Origin: Actinomycetota bacterium | GTDB taxonomy: Bacteria; Actinomycetota; Geothermincolia; Geothermincolales; RBG-13-55-18 | Reading direction: 5' to 3' | DNA: 64,000 nt | Assembly (NCBI GenBank): GCA_003598015.1 | Contig: QZKE01000021.1 | Span: forward strand, 10,701-74,700 | Shown here: positions 1 to 11,281 of the stretch, piece after piece | Numbering within the stretch: position 1 is the first letter of the stretch | How the letters are laid out: every line of letters begins with the position of its first letter | Made by a program: the position numbers and the translations under genes | Notes under the pieces: generated by a model | The model's input: only the letters and a program-made list of their open reading frames with translations | The model's database searches: none | Told to the model about the DNA's origin: nothing

Positions 1-177
1 GAATACGAGTACGGAAAGTACCGTCTCAACTACAGGCCGTCGCCCATCCTGCCCGTGCGGGAATATATAGAGGGACAGGGCCGCTTCCGGCACCTGACGC
101 CCGAGGACATCGAGGCCATCCAGGAACGCACCATGGCGGAATACGAGAAACTGGTGAAACTCAGCGAAGAGGATTGA
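1..177 (+). CDS. 2-oxoacid (pyruvate):ferredoxin oxidoreductase beta-subunit, C-terminal end only (5' part lies outside the window)
   Basis: Not in the ORF track because no start lies in the window. Frame 1 is open from nt 1 to TGA 175-177: EYEYGKYRLNYRPSPILPVREYIEGQGRFRHLTPEDIEAIQERTMAEYEKLVKLSEED. The ...EYxxxQGRFxHL..EDIxxIQ tail is what I recall for PorB/KorB-type beta subunits. The next gene starts 4 nt later. Confidence 0.6.
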   Translation, partial: EYEYGKYRLNYRPSPILPVREYIEGQGRFRHLTPEDIEAIQERTMAEYEKLVKLSEED

Positions 178-181
178 TCTC

Positions 182-643
182 ATGACGGATGTGACTCAGT
201 TCGACCGCATCATAGACCGTTACGAAAAGACGGAGGAATCACTGCTGGCCATCCTGCAGGACTTCCAGCGCGAGTTCCACTATGTCCCCGAGGAGGGCAT
301 ACGCCGCCTGAGCGAGGTCATGGAGGTCCCGGAGAGCAAGATCTACGCCATGGGCACCTTCTACAAGGCCATTTCGCTCACCCCGCGCGGCAGGCACACC
401 ATCAAGGTCTGCACGGGGACGGCCTGCCATCTCAAGGGAGCGCCGCAGATCCTGGAGACGCTGGAGCGTGAGCTGAAGGTGAAACGCAACGGCACCACGA
501 CGGATGGAGAGTTCACGTTGGAATGCGTCAACTGCGTGGGGGCCTGCGCCATGGCGCCGTTGACCCTGATCGACGAGGAATACCACGGGCAGACCCGCTC
601 CTCGAAGATCATGGACATGGTCAAGAAACAGGTGGGGAGTTAG
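182..643 (+). CDS. NuoE/HoxE/HydC-like thioredoxin-fold [2Fe-2S] subunit
   Basis: 153 aa. Cys pattern [10 protein letters not shown] ... [12 protein letters not shown] is typical of the 24-kDa NuoE family. 4-nt gaps to both neighbours. Confidence 0.85.
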   Translation: MTDVTQFDRIIDRYEKTEESLLAILQDFQREFHYVPEEGIRRLSEVMEVPESKIYAMGTFYKAISLTPRGRHTIKVCTGTACHLKGAPQILETLERELKVKRNGTTTDGEFTLECVNCVGACAMAPLTLIDEEYHGQTRSSKIMDMVKKQVGS

Positions 644-647
644 GGAC

Positions 648-2504
648 ATGGGAGCCATCAACTCCATCGAGCAACTGGAAGCTTACCGGCAAGAGATCGC
701 GGCCGAGGTCAAGGCCGATCTTCCCACCGTGCTGGTGTGCTTCGGCACCGGATGCCAGGCCAATGGCGCCAGGCCAGTGGCCGAGGCCTTCAGCGATATC
801 ATTGCGGAACAAGGGCTCGAGCTGAATTTAAGCATCGGTATCAAGACCACGGGCTGCCACGGCTACTGCGAGAACGGGCCGCTGGTGGCGCTCCAGCCGC
901 AGGGTATCCTCTACCTCAAGGTCAAGCCCGATGACGTGCCGGAAATCGTGGAAAAATCCATCAAGAAGGGCGAGATCATCGAGCGGCTCATCTACAGGGA
1001 CAAGACCACGTCGGAGATGATAGCCGAGTACAGCGAGATCCCGTTCTACAAGCACCAGCATCGCATCGCGCTGAGGAACATCGGTGCGGTCGACCCGACC
1101 AATATCGACGATTACTTCCTGGCGGGCGGCTATGCCGGGCTGGTCAAGGCGCTGGGGATGAAACCGGACGACATCATCACCGAGATCGAAAATTCGGGCC
1201 TGCGCGGCCGCGGGGGAGGCGGCTTCCCCGCCGGGACCAAGTGGCGCTCCTGCGTGGCCGTGGACAGCGATGTTCGTTACCTGTTGTGCAACGGCGACGA
1301 AGGCGACCCGGGCGCTTTCATGGACCGCTCGATCATGGAAGGCGACCCGCATACGGTAATCGAGGGTATGATCATCGGCGCCATCGCCATAGGTGCGCAC
1401 ATGGGTTACATCTTCGTGCGTGACGAGTATCCCCTGGCGGTCAGGAACCTGAGTTCCGCCATCGAGGCGGCGCGCGAGAAGGGCCTGCTGGGCGAAAACA
1501 TCCTGGGCAGCGGTTTTTCCTTCGACATCAAGATCAGCCGCGGTGGCGGCGCTTTCGTGTGCGGCGAGTCTTCGGCCCTGATGCGCTCCGTGGCAGGTGA
1601 AGTGGGCGAACCCCGCGCCAAATACATCCGTTCGGTCGAAAGAGGCCTCTACGACAAGCCCACGGTCCTCAACAACGTCGAGACCTGGGCCAACGTACCC
1701 GAGATCATCGTCAAGGGCGCGGAATGGTACGCAAGCCTGGGCACCGAGGGCTCCAAGGGCACCAAAGTCTTCTCCCTGGTGGGCAAGGTCAACAACACCG
1801 GCCTGGTGGAAGTGTCCATGGGCATCTCCATACGGGAGCTGGTCGAGAACATCGGCGGCGGCATCCTGAACGGCAAGAGGTTCAAGGCGGTCCAGACCGG
1901 TGGCCCCTCCGGCGGCTGTATCCCGGAGCGCATGGCGGACCTGCCGGTCGACTTCGACAGCCTGACCGAGGCCGGATCCATGATGGGCTCGGGCGGCATC
2001 ATCGTCATGGACGAGGATACCTGCATGGTGGACGTGGCCAAGTACTTCATCAACTTCCTGGTGGAGGAGTCCTGCGGTAAGTGCACCCCCTGCCGGGACG
2101 GCCTGCCGCGCATGCTGGACCTGCTCACCGACATCACCGAGGGTCGGGGTGGGGAGGAGCACGTAGCCCTGCTGGAGGAGCTGTGCGACCTGCTGACTTG
2201 GGGAGCGTTATGCGGCCTAGGGACCTCGGCCGCCAATCCGGTGCTCTCCACCATAAAATATTTCCGTGATGAATACGACGCCCACATCAGGGATAAGAAG
2301 TGCCCTGCCGGCGTGTGCAAGGCGCTCATCACCTATTCAATTGACCCGGAAGCGTGCACCGGGTGTCTCCTGTGCGCCAAGAAATGCCCGCAGGAATGCA
2401 TCACGGGCGAGCGCAAGGAGCCGCATACCATCGATACGGCCAAGTGTATCAAGTGTGGCGTCTGCAGGGATGTATGCACCTACGATGCAGTGAGGGTTTC
2501 ATAG
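648..2504 (+). CDS. NAD(H)-binding FMN flavoprotein, NuoF/HoxF/HydB-like, with N-terminal thioredoxin-like 2Fe-2S domain and C-terminal 2x[4Fe-4S] domain
   Basis: 618 aa. [16 protein letters not shown] (FMN/NADH site), [10 protein letters not shown] (N3-type cluster), and C-terminal [12 protein letters not shown] plus [11 protein letters not shown] ferredoxin motifs. Confidence 0.9.
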   Translation: MGAINSIEQLEAYRQEIAAEVKADLPTVLVCFGTGCQANGARPVAEAFSDIIAEQGLELNLSIGIKTTGCHGYCENGPLVALQPQGILYLKVKPDDVPEIVEKSIKKGEIIERLIYRDKTTSEMIAEYSEIPFYKHQHRIALRNIGAVDPTNIDDYFLAGGYAGLVKALGMKPDDIITEIENSGLRGRGGGGFPAGTKWRSCVAVDSDVRYLLCNGDEGDPGAFMDRSIMEGDPHTVIEGMIIGAIAIGAHMGYIFVRDEYPLAVRNLSSAIEAAREKGLLGENILGSGFSFDIKISRGGGAFVCGESSALMRSVAGEVGEPRAKYIRSVERGLYDKPTVLNNVETWANVPEIIVKGAEWYASLGTEGSKGTKVFSLVGKVNNTGLVEVSMGISIRELVENIGGGILNGKRFKAVQTGGPSGGCIPERMADLPVDFDSLTEAGSMMGSGGIIVMDEDTCMVDVAKYFINFLVEESCGKCTPCRDGLPRMLDLLTDITEGRGGEEHVALLEELCDLLTWGALCGLGTSAANPVLSTIKYFRDEYDAHIRDKKCPAGVCKALITYSIDPEACTGCLLCAKKCPQECITGERKEPHTIDTAKCIKCGVCRDVCTYDAVRVS

Positions 2505-2505
2505 C

Positions 2506-3234
2506 ATGGAAAAGGTAAGCGTGATCATCGACGGCAGGACCTTTGAGGCCGTGAAAGACCAGTGCGTGCTGGAAGTGGCGCACGCCAGCGGCATCTACAT
2601 CCCTTCGTTGTGCTACAACAGCGAGGTGACGAGCAGCGGCGGCTCCTGCCGCGTCTGCCTGGTGGAGGCCCATCAGAGAGGCAGGATGAGATTGGTCACT
2701 TCCTGCAACTACCCGGTGCGCGAAGGCCTGGAGGTAAAGACGGATACCCCCCTGGTGCACGGGATTCGCAGGGGCGTGCTGGAACTGCTGATGGCGCGCG
2801 TGCCGGACTCGGAAGTCATCCGGGAGATGGCCGCCGCTGAAGGGCTGAACGATGTTCGCTTCCGCAGGGATGAGGGCGAGAACGACCGCTACAAGTGTAT
2901 CGCCTGCGCGATGTGCACCAACGTCTGCGCCGAAGTGGTGGGCGTTTACGCCATAGCCATGACGGGCCGCGGAGCGGACAAGAAGCCCGCCACTCCCTAT
3001 TACAAGCCATCGGATGTGTGCATCGGCTGCGGCGCCTGCGCCTATGCCTGCCCCACCGGAGCCATCACCATCACGGAGGAGGATGGCATGCGCCGCATAT
3101 GGGGCAGGGATTTCAACATGGTCACCTGCAGCGTTTGCGGCACCCCCTACATTCCAGAAGCCCAGGTGGACTGGATAGTGAGGACAACCGGCAAGGACAG
3201 GTCGTTCTTCGATAAATGCCCCGATCACAGGTGA
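2506..3234 (+). CDS. HoxU / NuoG-N-terminal-like Fe-S subunit (2Fe-2S plus 4Fe-4S motifs), no catalytic domain
   Basis: 242 aa. N-terminal 2Fe-2S pattern (CYNSEV..SCRVCLVE..SC), then CIACAMCTNVC and CIGCGACAYACP. No H-cluster, molybdopterin or NiFe domain. Starts 2 nt after the NuoF-like stop. Confidence 0.75.
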   Translation: MEKVSVIIDGRTFEAVKDQCVLEVAHASGIYIPSLCYNSEVTSSGGSCRVCLVEAHQRGRMRLVTSCNYPVREGLEVKTDTPLVHGIRRGVLELLMARVPDSEVIREMAAAEGLNDVRFRRDEGENDRYKCIACAMCTNVCAEVVGVYAIAMTGRGADKKPATPYYKPSDVCIGCGACAYACPTGAITITEEDGMRRIWGRDFNMVTCSVCGTPYIPEAQVDWIVRTTGKDRSFFDKCPDHR

Positions 3235-3291
3235 TCCCCGGGGCGCGCCGGGAGGCGCCCGATAAGGTGGGAGCCTCCAAATCCATCGGGA

Positions 3292-5499
<2,208 letters not shown>

Positions 5500-5541
5500 T
5501 TACTCCCTTCCTCTCACTGACAAACTCGACTCCACCATACA

Positions 5542-5572
5542 TTCACCCACGCTTTTCGCAGAAGAACCACAT
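5542..5572 (-). promoter_or_regulatory. copy 1 of a 31-nt conserved upstream motif (upstream of katG)
   Basis: The plus strand reads TTCACCCACGCTTTTCGCAGAAGAACCACAT, 54 nt upstream of the katG ATG. It matches 41979-42009 at 29/31 positions. Confidence 0.6.
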
Positions 5573-5824
5573 TCTTTAACATACCCCTTTTTCGCATGGG
5601 ATAACTTTGTGCTTGGATTTTGCATTTGCCCTCCTTCCCGCCAACATCACGCAGTTGAGCAAGGCAGGTCCGGCTATCGGTAGAGTCCTCGCCATGCTTT
5701 TTTCCACCCCCTCTTTCATTCACTAAGCCGGGCAAAGTAGAATGAAGAACGATAGCAGCAGGGGGAATCATGCGGAGCCTAGCGGGAACTTTTCAAGAGA
5801 ATAGGGGAGAGGGGGAGAGTCCTG

Positions 5825-6580
5825 ATGTTCGATGAAGCGGAGTTCGAGAAAGCTCTGGCCACACCGAGGCTGCGGCAACCGCTGCCGGATTTCCTCCACG
5901 GCAACCGCGGGGGAGGCAAGGTCCGGGTCCTCGCCGAGCCCGAGCTTAATGCCATGACCAGGCAATGGTTCGTGGACTACGAGCGCAAGATCCAGCACTA
6001 CGCCGAACACGGCATCGACGTGGGCTGGACCCTCGAATGGTCCAAGAAATACTGGTGGAGCTGGCTTATGCGCGACATGTCCATGAACGACGAGCTCTAT
6101 GAGCCGGATCTACGCTACCGGGACGTGTCAACGTTCGGCCGGACCATCGTCGGCCTGGACGAGTTCGTGAAATATAACTTCGCGTTCTTCGACGCCATCC
6201 CCGACTGGCGGTACGATCCCCTTCCCGGGCAGATCTTCGTCGATCTCACCCCGGAAGGAGAGGTGCGTATCGTCGTACGCTACCTCGGCAGCGGACACTG
6301 GAGCGGCCCCCTCCGGCTCTACCCCTACGACGAGACAGCCCCCGCCCTCTACGGAACCGGCGTTTTCGTGCAGTGCGCGGGCATCGACCGCTACCATTTC
6401 AACCGGGAGGGGAGGATGTACGAGGGCGAGACCCTGTATGACATCCTGGAGGCGACACAGTCCGCCGGTATCCTGCCCCGCGACGACAGCTGGCAATTCC
6501 ACGCGCTGATGAAATCCACTAGACTGCTTGGAACCCTGCGCAGCCTACGGCAGAGAATCCCCTTTCTACAGAGTGGATAG
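5825..6580 (+). CDS. hypothetical protein, probably NTF2/SnoaL-like fold
   Basis: 251 aa, with a G-rich RBS (GGGGAGAGGGGGAG) upstream of the ATG. The C-terminal half (...IVVRYLGSGHWSG...TGVFVQCAGIDRYHFNREGRMYEGETLYD...) resembles the SnoaL/ester-cyclase pattern. This is a weak assignment. Confidence 0.4.
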   Translation: MFDEAEFEKALATPRLRQPLPDFLHGNRGGGKVRVLAEPELNAMTRQWFVDYERKIQHYAEHGIDVGWTLEWSKKYWWSWLMRDMSMNDELYEPDLRYRDVSTFGRTIVGLDEFVKYNFAFFDAIPDWRYDPLPGQIFVDLTPEGEVRIVVRYLGSGHWSGPLRLYPYDETAPALYGTGVFVQCAGIDRYHFNREGRMYEGETLYDILEATQSAGILPRDDSWQFHALMKSTRLLGTLRSLRQRIPFLQSG

Positions 6581-6809
6581 TTAAGGGCCGAACAGGCTAT
6601 ACCAAACTCGAACACCTATTGATTCTGCAAACAAGTTCAGGTCATGAATACTCAATATTCTGCCATATTATAGGTGTATCAGCCGCAAGATACATACTCA
6701 TCGGGCTGCCAGCCGGCTTGATGGGCTCTCCTCTCACCCCCGGCATCCTGACTCCTCCTTTCAGCCTTGAAGGACAGCAAGCCTGTCCTTCCTCAACCTG
6801 AATAGATCT

Positions 6810-6858
6810 TTGACAATCGCCGATCTGTATTATAATCTAATATGAAGTCTTATAATAC
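6810..6858 (+). promoter_or_regulatory. candidate sigma70-type promoter plus 9-bp inverted-repeat operator upstream of the IclR gene
   Basis: TTGACA at 6810-6815. TATAAT at 6831-6836 gives a 15-nt spacer; TAATCT at 6833-6838 gives a 17-nt spacer. Perfect inverted repeat GTATTATAA (6827-6835) / TTATAATAC (6850-6858) with a 14-nt spacer, in an AT-rich island. Confidence 0.45.
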
Positions 6859-6876
6859 AATACATAGCGAGAAGCG

Positions 6877-7665
6877 ATGGAAAAGAAAAACCCCAATGCG
6901 ATCGAGAAGGCGCTTGATATACTGCAGGCGTTTACTCCTTATAACCAGGAGATGGGAACGGGCGAGATAAGCGACACGCTGGGGCTGCATAAGGCTACCG
7001 CATCACGTATCTTGCGTACTCTGGCCGATAAAGGCTTCCTGCAGCAGGATCCCGATACGAAGAAGTTCACCCTGGGGCCTGTCGCCTCCGACATAGGCCG
7101 TGCCTATAACAACGGTTTGAGCTCCAACCTCGTGCAACTTGCAAAACCATATATAGATGATCTGAGAAGCTCCCTCGAGGAGACCGTGGTACTAGAAGTC
7201 CTCTCTGGTGAGAGCACGGTGATGGCCTACATCGCCGAGGGGCCTCAACGTGTGCGTATAGCGGGGACGGTGGGAGACAGGTTGCCCGTGCACGCGGCGG
7301 CGGGAGCAAAAGCCATCCTTGCCTTTTCTCCGCCAGAAGTCATCGAGAAACTGATAGGGACGGACCTGCAGCCCTTTACCGCGAAGACCATAACCAGTAA
7401 AAAAGCTTACAGGAATGAACTCTCCAAGATACGCCGCCAGGTGTTTTCGTTCGACGGGGAGGAGATAGACATCGGTATCAACGCCGTAGGCGCACCCATT
7501 TTCAACCACGAGGACAGGGCGGTAGCAGCGGTGGTAATAGCGGGACCTGCCCAGCGGGTTACGGGCGCGGGAGATTCCGAGGTGGTGCGGAAGGCAAAAG
7601 AGACGGCGGCGAATATCTCCGCACGCCTGCATTACGGAGGAGGTAACGCGGATGAGCGGAGTTAG
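6877..7665 (+). CDS. IclR-family transcriptional regulator
   Basis: 262 aa. N-terminal wHTH (IEKALDILQAF...GTGEISDTLGLHKATASRILRTLADKGFL) and a C-terminal IclR effector domain. Overlaps the next gene by 14 nt. Confidence 0.9.
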   Translation: MEKKNPNAIEKALDILQAFTPYNQEMGTGEISDTLGLHKATASRILRTLADKGFLQQDPDTKKFTLGPVASDIGRAYNNGLSSNLVQLAKPYIDDLRSSLEETVVLEVLSGESTVMAYIAEGPQRVRIAGTVGDRLPVHAAAGAKAILAFSPPEVIEKLIGTDLQPFTAKTITSKKAYRNELSKIRRQVFSFDGEEIDIGINAVGAPIFNHEDRAVAAVVIAGPAQRVTGAGDSEVVRKAKETAANISARLHYGGGNADERS

Positions 7666-8404
7666 GCTATATGACCTCAGCCAGACCTTCGGACATAATG
7701 CCCCCCTCTGGCCATATTTCCCCGATGTGAAAATCGAACGCTTCCATTACCACGCCAAATCGGGTGTACTCTCCCAGCAGATAACAACGTTCATGCATTG
7801 CACCACCCACGCCGATTCCCCGGCCCACGTCATCGAGGGCGCACCATACACCGACGAGATCCCCCTCGACAGCTATTACGGCACCGGGGTGGTTGTGGAC
7901 ATCCCTAAAGGGAAGTGGGAGGTCATCACGCCTGACGACCTGGAGAAGGCGGAGCCGAAGATCGAGACGGGTGATATCGTGATCATCCGCACCGGCTGGC
8001 ACCGTTACTACAGCGACTCGCGACAGTACTTCGCCTACTCACCAGGGCTCTACCGCGAGGCAGGGGAATGGTTCGTGGAGAGGAAGGTCAAGGCGGTAGG
8101 AGTGGACCACCAGGCCCTTGACCATCCTCTGGCCACGGCCATCGGGCCCCACGGAACCGGTCCCCTGCTCCCCGACGTCTGCGAGGAGTACCGAGCGGAG
8201 ACGGGCCGCGAGGTCATAGAGGACTTCCCGGAGTGGGAGCCCTGCCACCGCCTCCTTTTAGGCAACGGGATCATGGGTTGGGAAAACGTAGGTGGGGATA
8301 TAGACAAAGTGGTTGGCAGACGCGTTATCATCGCCGGATTCCCCATACGGTGGGAGAGAGGGGACGGGTCCATCGTCCGCCTCGTGGCCATCGTTGACGA
8401 ATGA
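7652..8404 (+). CDS. cyclase-family metal-dependent hydrolase (kynurenine-formamidase-like fold)
   Basis: 250 aa. HCTTHADSPAH matches the HxxTHxDxPxH metal motif of the putative-cyclase family. The RBS GGAGGAGG lies 8 nt upstream of the ATG. Confidence 0.8.
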   Translation: MSGVRLYDLSQTFGHNAPLWPYFPDVKIERFHYHAKSGVLSQQITTFMHCTTHADSPAHVIEGAPYTDEIPLDSYYGTGVVVDIPKGKWEVITPDDLEKAEPKIETGDIVIIRTGWHRYYSDSRQYFAYSPGLYREAGEWFVERKVKAVGVDHQALDHPLATAIGPHGTGPLLPDVCEEYRAETGREVIEDFPEWEPCHRLLLGNGIMGWENVGGDIDKVVGRRVIIAGFPIRWERGDGSIVRLVAIVDE

Positions 8405-8418
8405 AGGGGGGTAGCGAC

Positions 8419-8760
8419 ATGAAGAAAGTGGAGTTGAAGGACGCCAAACCCTATCAGGCGCCCAAACATTTCGGTATGACCGCCTTGAGGCTGCACGGAC
8501 GGGAGGAAACCGGGTCTCAGACCTTCTGGGTCGGTCTTTCCCGTTTCCTTCCGGGAGGGGGCGCCGAGTTCGATGCCTCTCCGGCGGAGAAGGTCTATTT
8601 CGTCCTGGAGGGAGAGGTGACTATAAAGTGCCAGTCCGGCGAGGTGAACACCCTCGGCCCCTGGGATTCCATCTACATCGGGGCGGAAGAGTCGAGGGCG
8701 ATCGTAAACGAGACCAACCAGCCCGCCAGCATGCTGGTGATTATCGGTTACACCGAGTGA
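8419..8760 (+). CDS. cupin-domain protein
   Basis: About 113 aa. The small beta-barrel pattern (...FWVGLSRFLPGGGAEFDASPAEKVYFVLEGEV...) is cupin_2-like. ATG 8419 has an AAGGGGGG RBS. The alternative ATG 8401 forms an ATGA overlap with the upstream stop. Confidence 0.7.
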   Translation: MKKVELKDAKPYQAPKHFGMTALRLHGREETGSQTFWVGLSRFLPGGGAEFDASPAEKVYFVLEGEVTIKCQSGEVNTLGPWDSIYIGAEESRAIVNETNQPASMLVIIGYTE

Positions 8761-8789
8761 ATGCAACGGGGCAAGGAAGGACTACCACG

Positions 8790-9569
8790 ATGCAGGTCGA
8801 GGAGATAAAAAACCTATTCGACCTCTCCGGAAGAGTGGCTGTTATCACCGGCGGCTCTGGGGGACTGGGACGGGCGGCGGCGGCAGGGTTGGCAACCTAC
8901 GGCGCCTCCGTAGTCATCACCGCCCGTAGGGTGGAAGCCCTGGAGGAAGCGGCGGCCGCGATCAGGCATGGGGGAGGTGAAGTGCTCCCTGTAAGTTGTG
9001 ATGTTACCGATGGGAAGAATGTCGAGGCCATGGTGGAGCGGACGCTGCGTGAATTGGGCAGAATCGACATCCTGCTTACCGCGGCGGGGATAGCCAGGCG
9101 CGCTCCCGCCGAGGAGCTGGGCATGGAGGATTGGGACCTGGTTATGGACACCAACGTCAAAGGCACTTTCCTCTGCTGTCAGGAGGCCGGAAGGGTCATG
9201 ATCAGCCAGGGAGGAGGCAAGATTATCACCGTATCCTCGGTCCGCGCCATCCTGGGCCATCCCCTCGGCTACGCCGCCTATGGGACGAGCAAGGGGGCCA
9301 TTAATCTGCTCACCCGCCAGCTGGCGGTGGAATGGGCCAAGCACAAGATAAACGTGAACTCCATCGCTCCCTGCATCTTCCGCACGCCCCTGACGGAGCC
9401 GGTCCTCTCCGATCCAGAGTCGGCGAAGGTATTCCTGGACCGCATCCCCTGGGGGCGGGCGGCGGAGCCTGAGGACTTTATCGGGTCTGCGGTCTTCCTG
9501 GCCTCGGCGGCATCGGACTTCATTACCGGGCAGATCCTCTATGTGGACGGCGGAAACGCCGCAAGCTGA
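8790..9569 (+). CDS. short-chain dehydrogenase/reductase (SDR)
   Basis: 259 aa from ATG 8790, with RBS AAGGAAGG. Motifs ITGGSGGLG (TGxxxGxG) and YGTSKGAI (YxxxK). The ORF-track start at 8628 overlaps the cupin gene and is unlikely. Confidence 0.9.
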   Translation: MQVEEIKNLFDLSGRVAVITGGSGGLGRAAAAGLATYGASVVITARRVEALEEAAAAIRHGGGEVLPVSCDVTDGKNVEAMVERTLRELGRIDILLTAAGIARRAPAEELGMEDWDLVMDTNVKGTFLCCQEAGRVMISQGGGKIITVSSVRAILGHPLGYAAYGTSKGAINLLTRQLAVEWAKHKINVNSIAPCIFRTPLTEPVLSDPESAKVFLDRIPWGRAAEPEDFIGSAVFLASAASDFITGQILYVDGGNAAS

Positions 9570-9587
9570 CGGGGGCGTGGATGAGAC

Positions 9588-10523
9588 ATGGACGGAGACG
9601 GCATGGGAAGGATTTCTGTCATAGGCGCCGGTCTCATGGGTCACGGTATAGCCCAGGTCTTCGCGGCACACGGACACGCGGTTTCCCTCATGGATGTGGA
9701 GCAGAGCTGTCTCGAACGAGCTTTGACGAATATCCGCGAAAGCCTCGCGCTGCTAGCGGAATACGATATCGTTCGAAGTGAGGATAGGGATGTAATCATC
9801 GATAGGATAACCACCACCACCAGCCTGCAGGAGGCCGCCGCCGGGGCGGATTTCGTCATCGAAGCGGTCTCGGAGAGACCAGACCTCAAGCGAAGCATCT
9901 TCCGCGAACTGGATGCGCTATGCCTGCCGCGGACAATCCTGGCCACCAATACCTCGGTTATCAGCATCACGGAGATAGCACGGGATGCCGCCAGCAGGGA
10001 GCGCGTCGTGGGAACCCACTTTTGGAATCCTCCACAACTGATTCCCCTGGTCGAGGTGATCCCCGGCCGAGACTCGGCCCCCTGGGCGATAGACCGCGCG
10101 TATGATCTCTTGCGTTCCGTGGGCAAGCACCCCGTGCGGGTGAAGAAGGACGCGCCCGGCTTCGTCGGCAACCGCATGCAGCACGCGCTGTGGCGCGAGG
10201 CCATCTCCATCGTGGAGCGTGGCATTGCCGATGCCGAGACGGTGGACGAGGTGGTGAAAATGGGATTCGGCCTGAGGCTGCCGGTGCTCGGCTCCCTAGA
10301 GAACGCGGACATGGTCGGCCTGGACCTCACCCTGCATATACACGACTACATCTTGCGGCATATCGAGGACTCACATGAGCCGTCGCGTCTCCTGAAGGAA
10401 AAGGTGGAGAGAGGAGAACTGGGGTTTGCGAGCGGAAGGGGATTAAAAGAGTGGACGCCGCAGAAGATGGGGGCATGCAGGGCTGGCTTGCAACGACACT
10501 TGATGGAATGGGGGAGCAGATGA
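9588..10523 (+). CDS. 3-hydroxyacyl-CoA dehydrogenase-family NAD-dependent dehydrogenase
   Basis: ISVIGAGLMGHGIAQ Rossmann motif, HFWNPP, GFVGNRM. ATG 9603 (MGRISVIGAG) is an equally good start. Confidence 0.85.
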   Translation: MDGDGMGRISVIGAGLMGHGIAQVFAAHGHAVSLMDVEQSCLERALTNIRESLALLAEYDIVRSEDRDVIIDRITTTTSLQEAAAGADFVIEAVSERPDLKRSIFRELDALCLPRTILATNTSVISITEIARDAASRERVVGTHFWNPPQLIPLVEVIPGRDSAPWAIDRAYDLLRSVGKHPVRVKKDAPGFVGNRMQHALWREAISIVERGIADAETVDEVVKMGFGLRLPVLGSLENADMVGLDLTLHIHDYILRHIEDSHEPSRLLKEKVERGELGFASGRGLKEWTPQKMGACRAGLQRHLMEWGSR

Positions 10524-11002
10524 ATGCGGATAGTCGGGGAAAGCGAACCGCGGCCGCTACGGCCAGTAGGCCGCAAGAAAGGCTGGTGGTCGAGGACGGA
10601 GAAAACATGCATGTGCTGGGCCGTTTCTTCCAGGCCATGCTCCTGAACCTCTTGAAGGAGCCGTCTAAGGTCAAGGCCGCCGAGGGGATGGATCTGACGG
10701 TGGCCGTCGATCCCTCGGGCCACCCCGACAATGCTTTGACCATGACCTTTTCAGGCGGACGGGTGATCCTGGAGAGCGGCATCGTGCCCGATGCGGACAT
10801 CGTACTTAAGTGCGAGACGGCGGTGCTGATGAAGCTGGCGCGCATACCCGCCGGGCCGGCTGTTGTTGGTTTTCTGAGGACACACGAGGGAAAGGCGCTC
10901 GTCGCCAGGATGCGCTCGGGCGAGCTGAAGATAAAGGGCATCACCCGGCATCCGTTGATGATGATGAGGTTCTCGAAATTCCTGGCTCCAAGCGCCGGTT
11001 GA
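10520..11002 (+). CDS. SCP2 (sterol-carrier-like) domain protein
   Basis: 160 aa from ATG 10520, which forms an ATGA overlap with the upstream stop. The ...DLTVAVDPSG...LTMTFSGGRVILESG...DADIVLKCETAVLMKLARI...ELKIKG pattern is typical of SCP2 domains. Confidence 0.6.
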   Translation: MNADSRGKRTAAATASRPQERLVVEDGENMHVLGRFFQAMLLNLLKEPSKVKAAEGMDLTVAVDPSGHPDNALTMTFSGGRVILESGIVPDADIVLKCETAVLMKLARIPAGPAVVGFLRTHEGKALVARMRSGELKIKGITRHPLMMMRFSKFLAPSAG

Positions 11003-11018
11003 TAGAGGGGGAGCGCGA

Positions 11019-11237
11019 ATGAACACGATTAACATCAACCTCGATGCTTGCGACGGGTGCATGACGTGCGTCAAGGCCTGCTTCGCAAACGTCCTGCGCT
11101 GGGAGAAGCCCGCGATGAGCCCCGTAGTGGCATACGCTGAAGACTGTGTCCACTGCAATGTCTGCGAGCTCTCTTGCCCGCGGGGTTGTATCGAGGTAAT
11201 CCCGGATTTCGCGTACATGCGCTGGTCGGCTCTTTAG
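11019..11237 (+). CDS. 2x[4Fe-4S] ferredoxin (AprB-N-terminal-like)
   Basis: 72 aa. CDGCMTCVKAC and CVHCNVCELSCP. Confidence 0.85.
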   Translation: MNTININLDACDGCMTCVKACFANVLRWEKPAMSPVVAYAEDCVHCNVCELSCPRGCIEVIPDFAYMRWSAL

Positions 11238-11281
11238 GCTCGGGGGATCGTTCCAGCGCAAGACCTTAGCAGGGGAAAGGG

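Noticed and set aside
3241-3260. GGGCGC...GCGCCC hairpin between the convergent Fe-S subunit gene and katG, considered as a bidirectional terminator
   Set aside because: The stem is only 6 bp with an 8-nt loop and no flanking T/A runs. That is too weak to call without folding energies or transcript data.
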